NCBI GenBank assembly: GCA_964016885.1
Contig: OZ024742.1
Location: 35,526,001 to 35,590,000, forward strand
Length of the DNA stretch: 64,000 nt
Direction: 5' to 3'
Origin: Eledone cirrhosa
Taxonomy: Eukaryota
Shown in pieces: positions 1 to 14,149 of the stretch. Below the pieces are notes generated by a model that was not told the origin of the DNA, ran no database searches, and was given only the letters and a program-made list of their open reading frames with translations. A program made the position numbers and the translations under genes. Each line of letters starts with the position of its first letter. Within the stretch, counting starts at the first letter, position 1.

Positions 1-1043
1 ATCGATAATCATGCAAGTGAGGCAGGAATGTTACTTTAAATGTTAATGTATATCTTATATATTTTATGTCTATATATATGTATATATGTATGTAAATATA
101 TGTAGGGTGGAATCTTTTGTAACGCAATGAAGATTTTCATGAAATATAAGAATTTGTGGAGCATATCACGTAAGTTCACATGTGTGTCTATATTTATCAA
201 CTTGAATTTGAGATAACCTTCTCTTTTCTCTTTTTTCTTTTTTCATGAGAATGCATATATACTTATGTTTGAAGTTTTATCTCAGATTTTGCTTATAGAC
301 CTAAGAATTTTTAAACTAAGCATAGGGTCATTTTTTTCACACATTATGGATATGTGTCTCATTCATGAATACTGATATTTACATTATAATACCTAATTCA
401 TAAAAATTGATAATTCAAATGGATGAGACATAATATATTTTTAATATATTTTAAATATATCATCTTTCTTTCTTTTTCTCCTCTACACTGGATGTGATTT
501 ATGTGTCGGCTAGTTTAACTGTATCCCTTCCCTCCTTAACCTCTCACATATACGATGATCATCTGTCCAAAAGCTGCCTACTATATTTTTTCATTTCCGC
601 AATGTATTTCTCTCTCCCATATCTCCTTCTCTCTCTATCTCGCTCTGTTGTTTTTCTTTACATACATATCTTCATCTTCTTCTTTTTTATTTACATACAT
701 CTCTTCATCTACTTCTTTTCATCTTCGTTTTTCTTTCTATATAACTGTCATAACAGTTTCACTACCAAATCAACTTTTTAAATGGAAGTTGCATTATTAT
801 AAGGTATGTCAAAATTATTTATAAAACAGCTTATGTATTGTATTTTGTCTGAGGAAGGCATACCATATTTTTAATATGATATCCCAGAAATATATATAAC
901 GAAATAAATATGGTTTTATAAATATAGTTTCCATTTGTCTAATATCGTAAACCTACTCCAGAAACTGTTGAGTGCTTTTATATCAGTTATAAAATATTTA
1001 CTCGTTGTAACCCAACAATTTTAAATAAAACTTTTGCATATAT
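1..1043 (+). repeat. Upstream pseudo-LTR (truncated by window edge)
   Basis: Near-identical to 3724-4767 (about 8 differences seen by eye). Confidence 0.95.
841..906 (+). ncRNA. Type I hammerhead ribozyme in pLTR
   Basis: TATTTTGT-CTGAGGA-A-GGCATACCATATT..AATATGATATCCC-A-GAAA-TATATA-TA/ACGAAATA; 8-bp stem I, palindromic stem III, predicted cut after 898. Confidence 0.85.
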
Positions 1044-1086
1044 TTTGCTCCAATACCGTTGAGCGCTTTATATTATAACTGAAAAA

Positions 1087-3312
1087 ATGGAATTCTTTAA
1101 GATCTCTTCTTCTCTAAAAGACATACCTCTACCTAGAAACAAGGACTTTATTAAACAACTAATAGATAAATCAGACTCCTTTATAAGGAGAATCAGGTGG
1201 CGTGCATTCCACTTTGATAAATCTAAATCTAATGTAAATGAAAATGTCTCAGACCTAGACAGAGTCTTCAAATCTAAAAAAAATCCACCCCCCAACAAAC
1301 TTTTGAATGATTTTGAAAACGATATAATCTCTATCATACAAGGAGTCAGATTCAAGAGAAACTTCAATGGCCAGGAATATCTGAAAAGCATTAAGGATAA
1401 CATTGCGAGCTTAGAGAGAACAGAGAAGATCTTGGTGAAATCGGACAAAACCAACAACCTCTATGGAGTGGAAAAAGACATGTATAATGGCCTCATACTG
1501 AAAGAACTAAGGAAAAAGTACAAGGTAGCAGATAAGGCTGAACTTGAGAAAATGAATGTTGAGGCATCTTGTATAATGCATGAGTTGGAAATTGAGAACA
1601 AAACACAAACTTTCGTGCCCAGGAAACCCAAGATCAATATGAAAGATCACAAGAGAAATTTTGAAAATGACTTGCCATTCAGGTTGATTGCACCATCAAA
1701 ATCTGACCTGGGTAAACTTAGCAAGAACATTCTAGACAGAGTGATACAGCAAATTAAGGACTTGAATTGTTTACCTGGCTTGACCTTGTGGAAGGGAACT
1801 GGGGAGGTCATTGAGTGGTTTAATGAAATTAAATATAACAATAATAATAAATTTATTCAACTAGATATTGCTAACTACTATTCATCCATTACCCCTAATC
1901 TACTAAATAAGGCACTAAATTACGCATTCAAGCATACAGACCTAACTAGCAATGAAATGCACATTATATTATCGGCAAGGAAAACATTGATAGAATTTAA
2001 TAACCAACTATGGACTAGGGCAGATAGAGATAATAATTTCGACATTACTATGGGATCATCAGACTCAGCTCAGGTAACGGACCTTGTGGGCCTATTTATA
2101 ATTAATTCGCTGCATAGGAAAATACCCGGTGTTACCGGAGGTTTATATAGAGATGACATGCTTTTACTTATTGAAAATAATAACTCTGAACTAAATAAGA
2201 AAAGAAAACAAATTATACAATTTTTTAATTACCTTAATCTAAAAATAGAAATTGAGAATAACCATAGAATAGTCAATTTCCTAGACGTAACATTAAATCT
2301 CAACACATGTCTTCACTATCCATTTCACAAGTTAAATGAAAACTTGAATTATGTCAATTTTAGCTCCAATCACCCCAGATCTGTCAAAAATACTATAGTG
2401 AACTCTGTTCAAAACCGTATCTCTAGAATCTCTTCCAATAAAAATATTTTTGACGAAAAAGCCCAGTATTATAATGAAGCGTTAGCTAGAGCAGGATATA
2501 CTGATAAAATTATGTACATCGATAATAGACAAACTAACCAAAATAACAACAATTTTAATTACAGTAACAACTTTAACAACTATAATAGAAAGCACTACAA
2601 TAATTCCAAAAACCAGAAAAGAAATAGAACTAGAAATATAATATGGTTTGCCCCCCCTTTCTCACTAAACATTAAAACCCACATCGCTAAACTATTTTTT
2701 AATGCTCTTGACAAACGCTTCCCTAGAACACATAAGTATCACTCAATTTTCAATAGACATACTATAAAATTAACGTACTCGTCCACCAAAAATTTAGCAC
2801 AAAATATTAATAGAATAAATAATAGGAATCTAAAACCTAGCCAAAATACCGAAAATAGCCTAAACAATATTCAAGTAAAAAACTGTAACTGTAGAGATAG
2901 ATCTAAATGTCCGCTAAATAACAATTGCTTAGTTAAAAATATAATATACAACTGTAATGTTAAAACTGATTTAAATTCTTTTAATTATGTTGGTTCCACC
3001 TCGACAGAATTTAAACTTCGCTATAATAATCACAAAAATTCTTTCACGGATCCAAATAAAAAATCTTCAACATCGCTGTCAGGCTTACTCTGGCAACTTA
3101 AACATGATAAAGTTGGATATTCGATGGTTTGGAATATAGTCTCAAAAGGGATTCCTTTTAATTCCTCTTCTGAGACATGTGACCTCTGCGCGGAGGAGAT
3201 ATTCTTTATACTAAAATCTAAAAATTCCCTTAATTTACGAACCAATTTATTCAGCTGCTGCAGACATAGATCGAACTCAACTTTTAAATATAAATATAAA
3301 TTTAAAATGTAG
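1087..3312 (+). CDS. PLE polyprotein: reverse transcriptase + Cys-rich linker + GIY-YIG endonuclease (741 aa)
   Basis: RT motifs QLDIANYYSSI, ITMGSSDSAQ, GLYRDDM, NFLDVTL; linker CNCRDRSKCPLNNNC; GIY-YIG IIY...YVGST...KLRYNNH...CDLCAEE...LN; no internal stops. Confidence 0.95.
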   Translation: MEFFKISSSLKDIPLPRNKDFIKQLIDKSDSFIRRIRWRAFHFDKSKSNVNENVSDLDRVFKSKKNPPPNKLLNDFENDIISIIQGVRFKRNFNGQEYLKSIKDNIASLERTEKILVKSDKTNNLYGVEKDMYNGLILKELRKKYKVADKAELEKMNVEASCIMHELEIENKTQTFVPRKPKINMKDHKRNFENDLPFRLIAPSKSDLGKLSKNILDRVIQQIKDLNCLPGLTLWKGTGEVIEWFNEIKYNNNNKFIQLDIANYYSSITPNLLNKALNYAFKHTDLTSNEMHIILSARKTLIEFNNQLWTRADRDNNFDITMGSSDSAQVTDLVGLFIINSLHRKIPGVTGGLYRDDMLLLIENNNSELNKKRKQIIQFFNYLNLKIEIENNHRIVNFLDVTLNLNTCLHYPFHKLNENLNYVNFSSNHPRSVKNTIVNSVQNRISRISSNKNIFDEKAQYYNEALARAGYTDKIMYIDNRQTNQNNNNFNYSNNFNNYNRKHYNNSKNQKRNRTRNIIWFAPPFSLNIKTHIAKLFFNALDKRFPRTHKYHSIFNRHTIKLTYSSTKNLAQNINRINNRNLKPSQNTENSLNNIQVKNCNCRDRSKCPLNNNCLVKNIIYNCNVKTDLNSFNYVGSTSTEFKLRYNNHKNSFTDPNKKSSTSLSGLLWQLKHDKVGYSMVWNIVSKGIPFNSSSETCDLCAEEIFFILKSKNSLNLRTNLFSCCRHRSNSTFKYKYKFKM

Positions 3313-3723
3313 TATAAAATGTAGTATATTTACTTAAGATATTTAACTATTTATGAAACTTGGCGATAAATCTTTCGATTCCTTCAATTTTTTTAAAAAC
3401 CTTTCTGCATGAATATATAATTAATGAGATCAAATAAACTACCCTAAAATTGGCGATGTTCCCAATCTTTTGAATAAATTTTTAAGCTGGATAAACTTCT
3501 ATAATAAATATAAGAGCATTTGTAGAATAAGTTTTGAATGATTTCTGCTAAATAAGGCTTGGTGAACAATTTTGGTTTTGTTTGCTTTTGATTCTGATTT
3601 TATGTGACTGATATGCGTGGCATACTATGTTCTCTTGCGTCCCTAGATACTCTGTGGAGTGACGAAGATATTCTTGGCGTTTTTAATTTTTAATATTGAT
3701 ATCTGTTGTCTATTCTATGCTTG

Positions 3724-5640
<1,917 letters not shown>

Positions 5641-5644
5641 TATG

Positions 5645-5681
<37 letters not shown>

Positions 5682-5760
5682 AAATATATAAATATATAAA
5701 TATATAAATATGTATATATCTATAAATATATATATACATATATATATATATACATACACA

Positions 5761-5844
<84 letters not shown>

Positions 5845-6025
5845 CTTGACTGTCACCACATATTATGAACCTGAAGATTGCGAAAGCATGAAAGTACTTG
5901 TTCAATTAACACTTAGAATTTAATATTCTATCATACTATTTCATTATAATAATTATAATACCATTATAAATTTTAAAGGATTGTAAATAAAACGAGTAAA
6001 TCAGACAAAATTGGAATTCCTCTTA

Positions 6026-6097
<72 letters not shown>

Positions 6098-6251
6098 TGT
6101 GCAGACTCATATATAATCGTGTATCTATTTATCTATCTCTCTTCTGTTTATTCAGTTAAGAGTGACTTCTCCCACAGCTATTTGGAAATTCTTTTATTGG
6201 TGTGTAGTGTACAAATATAAGGTTAAAATTAAAACGTCCCGCTCTAACCAG

Positions 6252-6297
<46 letters not shown>

Positions 6298-6385
6298 TTA
6301 TCATTAGTGCTTGTAAATGATACTAGTAAATACCAACATTATTACCTCCGCGTTAATTGTATGAGAATCAAAAATAAATTCCCTA

Positions 6386-6827
6386 TACAGTAGTCCCCCA
6401 GCTTCGCGGGGGCTTAGGTTCCTAGAGCACCCGCGAAGAGTGAGAAACCGCGAATATTGGACGTGGTCCATAAAAATTCCTATAAACGTCAAAATAGAAA
6501 GTAAATTATAATTAAAAAATGAGGGAGTGTCTTATGCGAAGCGGTGTCCAGTTGGTTGGCAAATACCGTATATTGTTATATATAATACCACGAAAAACTC
6601 CATAAAAATATCGCGGAAGATATTTACGATTCCCTGAATATGCGGTGGTTTCCCAAATCCCGCCGAGGTTGACTTTGCCTTTCATCCTTACGGGGTCGAT
6701 AAAATAAAGTACCAGTAATGCACTGGGTAATTGCTGGCCTTGTGCCTAAAGTAGAAACAATTATTTGTTAGGTTCTAAGGAAAATTCCGCGAATAATCGG
6801 GACCGCAAATGTATGAAGTTTACTGTA
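6386..6827. mobile_element. Tigger/pogo-like MITE with nested SINE fragment (~6640-6765)
   Basis: TA-CAGTAGTCCCCC start, TTTACTG-TA end. Confidence 0.45.
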
Positions 6828-6960
6828 TATAAATATGGTGCATGTGATTCAGTGAATTACTGGTGGTGGTACCAAAATAAACACTCGATATACAGGCAGA
6901 GTGTATATATATAAGGAAAACGATGAAGCTTCGTGTAGTTAGTTTTTTATTGTCTATCGG

Positions 6961-7050
6961 CCTGTTACGAGAGTTTCGTAGAGAATCGGCTCAAGGTGGC
7001 CCATAGAAGTTATGGACCCGACTCCATTACAGATCAACTCATCAGACTAG
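6961..7050 (-). ncRNA. Type I hammerhead with long, branched stem II
   Basis: Minus strand: CTAGT-CTGATGA-GT...GGAGTCGG/CCGATTCT and GGTCCATA/TATGGGCC helices...AC-GAAA-CTCTCG-TA/ACAGG; stem I weak. Confidence 0.6.
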
Positions 7051-7225
7051 TGATTTAACAAAATATGCAGTGCTTATTGTTATCTATGAGATGTTGCGTG
7101 TATATAAACATCGGTCCTATTTTTTTAGTGGATGTGGGCATATGTAAGTGTTTGAGTGCATAGACAGGGCTACTCGTGTGTATATATAGAGATATTTTCA
7201 TGTAGATATGTGTATGTGTTTATTC

Positions 7226-7263
<38 letters not shown>

Positions 7264-7560
7264 ATACCTTTGTTTTTAATTGGGGTGTTTATATATGTGC
7301 GCGCGTACACGTGTAGGTATGGGTGTGTGAGGACCGGAGTGGTCAGCTGGACATTAACAGGATGTGAAACAATGACCGTTCAGTGGGCAGCTGTGGGGTT
7401 AAGTACTGTTCGGTATTTGTGCCATGTTAGGGTGAGCCCGTTTAGCATCAAAACAACATACTTAAATGTCATTACAGATGTTGTTGTGCCGCTGACTAGA
7501 CCCTTATAAAATTATACATATCAATCAATTAATCTATCTATCCATATATATATATATATA

Positions 7561-7760
7561 TATTTTATAGAAGGAGCTTCTACAGGACTAGTACTGTTTC
7601 ATTCAGATGAAATCTTCATAGAGCTTCCTGAAGATTTCATCTGAATGAAACAGTACTAGTCCTGTAGAAGCTCCTTCTATAAAATAAAAAAATGTTTACT
7701 CTGCCATGTATTGAGTACCTTACTTACTGTGGTTATCCCCGACTCAACCCGGGACCTACG
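7561..7760 (+). mobile_element. Fold-back mini-element with hammerhead, (TA)n-bounded (family A)
   Basis: 58-bp perfect inverted arms 7561-7618/7629-7686 plus tail; relative at 57190-57366. Confidence 0.8.
7621..7673 (+). ncRNA. Type I hammerhead ribozyme (family A)
   Basis: GAGCTTC-CTGAAGA-TTTCATCTGAAT-GAAA-CAG(TACTAGTC)CTG-TA/GAAGCTC; perfect 7-bp stem I, weak stem II. Confidence 0.75.
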
Positions 7761-7999
7761 TATATATATATATATATATACACGTCCAGAGCGTTCAATA
7801 ACTGGGTAAGTTATTGGGAAAACGGAGGAGGGAGGGAAGGAAAATAGAAAGGAAATGGGAAGAAAAGAGAAAACAGCGAAAAAGATATATTGTCTTTAAA
7901 GCTTGGAAATATCCCCCCCCCCCACCCATGTTCTTGCTTTCTTCTTATTCTCACTCCATTTTAAGCTACCTTAACTAGCAACTACACAACCAATCCTAT

Positions 8000-8036
<37 letters not shown>

Positions 8037-8037
8037 A

Positions 8038-8106
<69 letters not shown>

Positions 8107-8149
8107 GGCAGAGTAGTATATATATATATATATATATATACATATATAT

Positions 8150-9545
8150 ATTAAAATATAAATATTAATAAAATAGATGTTCTTTTGATCAATTACATTT
8201 TATTATACATATTTCGAATGTACAACAGTACGTCCTCATCAGACAAAATATAATAATACATGACATGATGTTAAATGGTTAAGATTTAATCAAGGTAGTG
8301 ATTAACCCAATAGAAAATTTTACATATATAGTCTAATTATGAGAAAATGCGAAAACATAATAAATTCATTAGAGAATGTGTGAGTAAGAAAAAACGTTGC
8401 TTACTGTAACTGTTCTAAAGGTTTTAAAATGTATGATACTACGATATATCTAGGAAAACATCTCATGAATCATAACAGCCACAGTGATAGCCACGGGGGG
8501 GGGGGGGGGGGATATATACAGAAGGAGATTTTTTCCAAAAGTTAAACGGTTAAATTTGAAAATATTTAATTTATAATATTAGGGTGAAAACTCCAGATTT
8601 CAGGATTATTTGCTGGTTATTTATATATTATTTTTATAAATTCGATAAGTGTGTTATCATTTCTAAACTTCAGAATTTTATGAGGTTAACATTTAAAGGA
8701 TTTGGCTGGCACATAAAGAATGAAATATTATACTGATGATTATTTACCTAAATTTAAACCTTAACAAAGATACCGACATATTAGGTATGTAGAGCTTTTG
8801 AAGTACTTATTGTTATAAATATTTAAATAACTATTATGTATATAGGTAAATATTAATGAGCCAGTATGTTTAAGGTAAATAATAACGACGAAGATAAAAA
8901 TAAAATAAGATAATAGATTGAAGCATGTTAAGGATAAATATACACCTATGTATAACTGGGTGTAAATGTACTAATTATTCTTCAACCAAGATATCAACAT
9001 ACTATTAGATATAGGGAGGTATATATATAGATATATATTAGGTATTAGTGGTGCAGTATACTTTAGGTAAATGATAACAGTTATAATTTTATAAAGTAGA
9101 GTTCAACGTGTTACATTTAAATACATATATATAAGAAAAACAATAATGAGTGCATGGATAATTCAGAGTTCAAAATAATGTCTATAATAACTTTTAGTTT
9201 GGATATTTCTCTATATTTGAATCATATATATAGAAATGTGGTAGGTATATTTAAAAATATATAAAATATAATATATAACTACACACATATTATAATACAT
9301 TATATTATAAATAAGAGATCAAAAACTCATTAAAAATTCACAGTTATAGATAAGTTTCATAAAAATGTATGGATTGGGTATTAAACTAAAATTTAAAAGA
9401 GATCAAAAATGTATTAAAAATTCACAGTTATATATAAATTCCGTAAATATGTAAGGATTAGGTATTATACTAAATTATAAGCATAGATAGGAAGATCTAC
9501 AGTAAAACTCATTCTTTGACATAATCATTGAATATCGTTTAACAC

Positions 9546-9550
<5 letters not shown>
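8150..9550 (-). mobile_element. Non-coding PLE 3'/pLTR remnant between (TA)n tracts
   Basis: Hammerhead near its 3' end; both termini match 60710-60915 in reverse; internal ~85-bp tandem duplication ~9313-9480. Confidence 0.7.
8196..8250 (-). ncRNA. Type I hammerhead ribozyme
   Basis: Minus strand: TATTTTGT-CTGATGA-GGACGTACTGTTGTACATTC-GAAA-TATGTA-TA/ATAAAATG. Confidence 0.8.
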
Positions 9551-9619
<69 letters not shown>

Positions 9620-9771
9620 TACTCTATACGGCGAGTTTCTGCAATTTCCATCTACCAAATTTAATTCCCTTGGCATCAATCCGAGGCTATAGCAGAATTC
9701 CCTTCTTACCAAAAGTACTACACCGTTGGCATGAATCCAGAAACATATATGAGAAATCGCTGTATACTCAC

Positions 9772-9925
9772 CCGTGTATTCGATCTCAAATCCTCTGTAC
9801 ACTTTACTGTTGTCTGAAAGAAAGTTGAGTGTCACCTCATTGGTTTTGGAGATGAGGGGTTCTGGCACAGACCGACCGCACTTCTTCGTTAGGAATTTTC
9901 TTTGGTTCTCCGGTCCATCTAAAAT
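9772..9925 (-). CDS. Exon 3 of secreted CUB-domain protein (C-terminal half of CUB domain)
   Basis: cag|ILDGPENQRKFLTKKCGRSVPEPLISKTNEVTLNFLSDNSKVYRGFEIEYT-G|gtgagt; phase 0 to phase 1; CUB motifs CG, F.SD.S...RGF. Confidence 0.9.
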
Positions 9926-10360
9926 CTGACAGAATAAAGTCTTTGTTTATTAAATTCTGTTTCATTACATATATATTGTTATTATGGTACTTTAGCCCTC
10001 AACTTGCGCCTGATCGACAGAACTATGGCGGAGTCTGACACCCACATTGAACTATGGCGGAGTCCGACACCCACATTGAATGGTTTCGACTTAACATCAA
10101 TTATCTTCTCGGATAAAATGTGAAAGCGATACATTTATAATATTTCGTACTCCACTGTAAGTGGAAATAACGATTAAAGAAATTTTAAGGAAATTTGCCT
10201 CCTATTTCTAGTCGCTTGCTAGGCCATTTATTAACTTACTAGCTTCTTCATACAGATAATTTTGAATGATATATCTCATCATTAAATGTAGCGATGCTGC
10301 TGCTTTTGTTGTTGTTGTTGTTGAGGAGGAGGGAGAGGAAGATCCCCAAGTCAGCCCTGA

Positions 10361-10859
10361 TGTAACAGAACCCAGGACCGTGTCAGTCCAACTGCAAACA
10401 CTCAATCCCATTTTATTGAGACGTAACTTTAGTTCTACATTTTGTGATCGATCCCGGTACTTTAAAAGTATTTTACTTAACCGACCCCGAGTTGACTCGG
10501 TGGAATTTGAACACAGAGAGCAGAGAGAGGGAACAAAACGAATATCACAAAACCTTCTAACAGACATTCTAACGATTATGCCAATCCAGCGCTCGCGTGT
10601 AATATAATATAGAACGTTAATTATATACAGTTGGACTGAGAGCTTTCTAGCTGATCGTTCATTGAGAATGTGTAGAGCTCCGGAATAGAGACGGCTCTGT
10701 TGTTTAAAAAATCGGTGAGGTGATTCTTTCCTTGAAGACTGGAATCTGAAGAACGTTAATAGGGTTAGAATCTGTAGAGCGTTAATGACGCCAGAAAAAA
10801 TGAATTAGATCCGAATCGTGAATTCAGTTCACGGAGAATTTTAACTTGCCACCGCACCA
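10361..10859 (-). mobile_element. Possible solo LTR
   Basis: Minus strand TG...TATATAA...AATAAA...GTTACA, ~500 bp; no TSD found. Confidence 0.3.
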
Positions 10860-10947
10860 TATGTGTAAATATATATATATAGACTCACACAGACAAATAC
10901 TCATACACACACATATACATATATAAATACACAGACAAATACACACA

Positions 10948-11029
<82 letters not shown>

Positions 11030-11033
11030 CACG

Positions 11034-12500
11034 TGTGATATCCGGTTCATTTACGAAGCGCTGGGAAATTTGAAAATATAATCATCACAACGCAGCTAAC
11101 AACTAAATATCGAAATATAACAGAAATAGAAAAAAATCGTTTATTCTAGGGAAAAAACAGAAATGAGAAGAAAAGGAAAGGAAATAAAGCAGCGAAAGAA
11201 AAGAAAAGCGAGGATGAAGCAACAGATTACACACCATAGTCCGAGCGACATACTTCAACTGCACTTCGCAAACAAGATGGTGAAGGTATTGCCGCGGTGT
11301 ATGGCCATCGACACTCGCAACAACAACCACCCTACGTATCGGGGCTCCCCCCTTAGGCAGGCAACACTCTCCCTATTTTACGGGAAAATACAGCAGTTCG
11401 GAGACCGAGGACACCAGCGGTCTCAACGGTGCCTAGCACGAAAAGAAAGAAAGCGGTCGGTCAAGCCACAGGATTTGGTTATGTTTTTCTCTGCATTGCA
11501 GGCGCCGATGTTCGGGTTTCAGCCGAAGAGCAAGGTTTAAGGCGGAAGGCCAGCTGAAGTAGTTGGAACGGGAAGCCGACCATGTCGAGGATCCTATGTG
11601 ATTGTGTCGAGGAAACCGGGCTGCACTCTGGGGGAAACATAGCGGGTACAGACCTAACACGTCAACAACGGTTCTACAACAGCATTTGAGTGGCTCATTA
11701 ACGCGGACGCTGAGGCATTGGCTACTCCGATGCCAGCACACCTATCATCAAGAAAGGTATCGGTTGATGAGGAGGACACTGAATTGAGCGAAGCACCGCT
11801 GTTTAGGTGCAGGGCAGAACGGAAGTAGACGAAACGGTGTTGGTTTCAGGAAAACTCGATCCACCTGAAGGTTGACCTGCACTTGGTGTTGTCCCAGTTG
11901 CGTTGGATATCTGCATACTGGGGTACGACAAGGCCTTCATCGATCCAATCGGCCAGAACTGACTCCATTTCCCTGTCTACCTCTGCTTCTGCTGTCATTA
12001 GGATGACCGCAATTATGTGGAAGCCACTGGAGGTGATTGGGGATATGTAGGCTGGCTGTGCTAGGTCAGAAGTAACTCGGAGGCCGAGGCAACGAATTTC
12101 ACGGAGAGACTTGCTAATTGACAGCCGGCACTGTCAAAACTAACATTGCAGATGAGTTCACCACAGCGTCAGATGGTGGCGTCGTGTCCGATGAGGTGAT
12201 CTGTGTGAGGGAGACAAGGCGCACCGCTCAGCGCGAAGAGGAGTTCGGGGAAGGCAAAAGAAAATCTCAAGAGGAGCGCCGGGCGCGCGTGATTGAAGCA
12301 CAATTTCTCTGGCGTCAACGTCAATCCGGCGTACGTGGTCTCCAGGCACTCAGATTGGAAAACCGAGAATGTATGCGTCATCTTTCGGTCATGCCCCATT
12401 CAGAACAGGCGTCTGGAAATTCAGTTAGATGGAGATTGTGTGGAAACCCATGAGATAGACTGTACTTAAAATTGATAGAGCTAACCTTGTCATAGAGGGT
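11034..12500 (-). mobile_element. Decayed LTR-retrotransposon remnant (pol fragment, PPT and 3' LTR ~11034-11342)
   Basis: GC-rich island; minus-strand RT-like DTFLDD; AAGGGGGGAG PPT followed by a segment with AATAAA ending in CA. Confidence 0.45.
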
Positions 12501-13659
12501 TTCGCTGATTCAGAATGAGAATTATGTTAAAGGTCCACCAGTCTGCGGAATACTCACCCTCTTGCATGTTAATTTAACGAGTCGGTAGATCAAACACCCG
12601 AGGGCTCATTGTGAAGCCGACAGTCGATCCATTACATGAAATATTTTCTGAGAAATTTTAGAGAGAAAAATGAAAGCGAGTTTATGAAGCGATGTTGAAT
12701 TCAGATCAACAACCTCAATTCAACCCCCATTACATTTCTGAATTACTATTTAGAAAAAGCAGCAGATGGGATGGACTCAAACCATATTTTATTTCTCTAC
12801 TATCGTAAATTTCTAGTTTTATTCTGAAGTTGAATGAATTAATAAATAAGTAATAATAATAAAAATAATTAGACAGTACATAATAAACCTAATGTTTTTC
12901 ATGACAATAACAATATGTTAATATTAATCGCATCACAATATCAAATGTCTGTAATGTTATGCAGAAATGTGTTGATAAACTACGGAATTACAGCGACTGA
13001 GTTGTGGAATTAAACATCATTATGGTAGTTAAGGAATGTGTCTATCATCACATCTGTAATTGGTACAAATGGAATGATACACAACCACTTCTGTATAGAG
13101 ATTACATTCTAGAAAATAGTAATTCTAATGTCTATAAATATTAGCTATGAAATTAAAGACATTATGGTAATTAAAAAAATGTAGTCATCATGAATGTGTT
13201 TATCATAACTGTGTAGGATTGATAGAATCGTTTTGCTCCTTTACATAATAGTTCAAATCCCTCCGAGGTCAATATTGTCTTTCACATTCCTGCGGGTCTA
13301 TCTGGAAATCTATTAGATTCAGATAAATTATTGTTTAATTGAATAAGCAAGAACTGTTTAACAACTCTGACAAAAATGTGTTATGACCAATAGAAAAGGG
13401 CCTAAACAAGATGAAGGGACAAGGATGCTTCTATCCATAGACCACTGGTTGGGGTCCAATAGGAAGCGTATTTCTTCAGGACAAAACATCAATACCGTTT
13501 AACAGCAATAGTAACAATAATTGTTTCTACTTTAGGCACAAGGCCAGCAATTTTTTTAAGGGGATAGGAAAGTCGATTAAATCGAATCCAGTGCATTACT
13601 GGTACTTTATTTTATTGACCCCGTAAGATTGAAAAGCAAATAACAATAATAAAAATAAT

Positions 13660-14130
13660 AGTAATTCTTTCTTTATTGGCCACAAGGGTCATATATCTTC
13701 ACTTGGAGATGAGGAGGAACTGGTGTCTGGATGGAATGGAAGTGTGTTTACGGGTGTGCGAGTGTTGGTCTATGTGTGTGTGTTTGAAAGAGGGGGAGAG
13801 GGACAGCTTGCTCGGGCGACTCCCTGTGTGGTTTTAATGGTTCTTGTTGGTGTTGTTGCTGCTGTTGGTGTTGTCTTTTGTCCCGACACCGTTCTTGATA
13901 CAAGCGGAAGTTTGTGGCTCCTTGCAGTTTTCAGCTGGGGGCAAAAGGATTTCTTACCCGTCCAGTAGTTTGATGTGGTCCGGGATATATTTTATGTCTT
14001 GGGGCCTGATTTGGAGAAGAATCTCCAAACCAGTGCCAGAACATCTCTCCCTCTTTAAAAACAATTAATTTAATGCAAAAACTTGAAAATTAACCAACTC
14101 ACGGAGCTCACAAAACCACGTCTTTATAAT
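13660..14130 (-). mobile_element. Possible non-autonomous LINE-like fragment
   Basis: Minus-strand end GTGGCCAATAAAGAAAGAA; GC-richer degenerate coding-like body. Confidence 0.3.
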
Positions 14131-14149
14131 CCGATAACCTATAATAATA

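Noticed and set aside
494-824. Hydrophobic 95-aa and 89-aa ORFs repeated at 4218-4548
   Set aside because: Pyrimidine-rich pLTR sequence; they recur only because the pLTR is duplicated
1087-3312. Selenoprotein or Naiad-type PLE
   Set aside because: No in-frame TGA, and the endonuclease is C-terminal whereas Naiads have an N-terminal one
10020-10080. 30-bp tandem duplication (also 30400-30610 and 37860-38055)
   Set aside because: Simple local duplications with no further signal
12558-12647. 90-nt minus-strand exon-like segment with good splice signals inside the CUB intron
   Set aside because: Stops in all three frames; the donor lies in a repeat fragment also seen near 25360 and 45975; the CUB domain is complete without it. 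A poison exon cannot be excluded without RNA data
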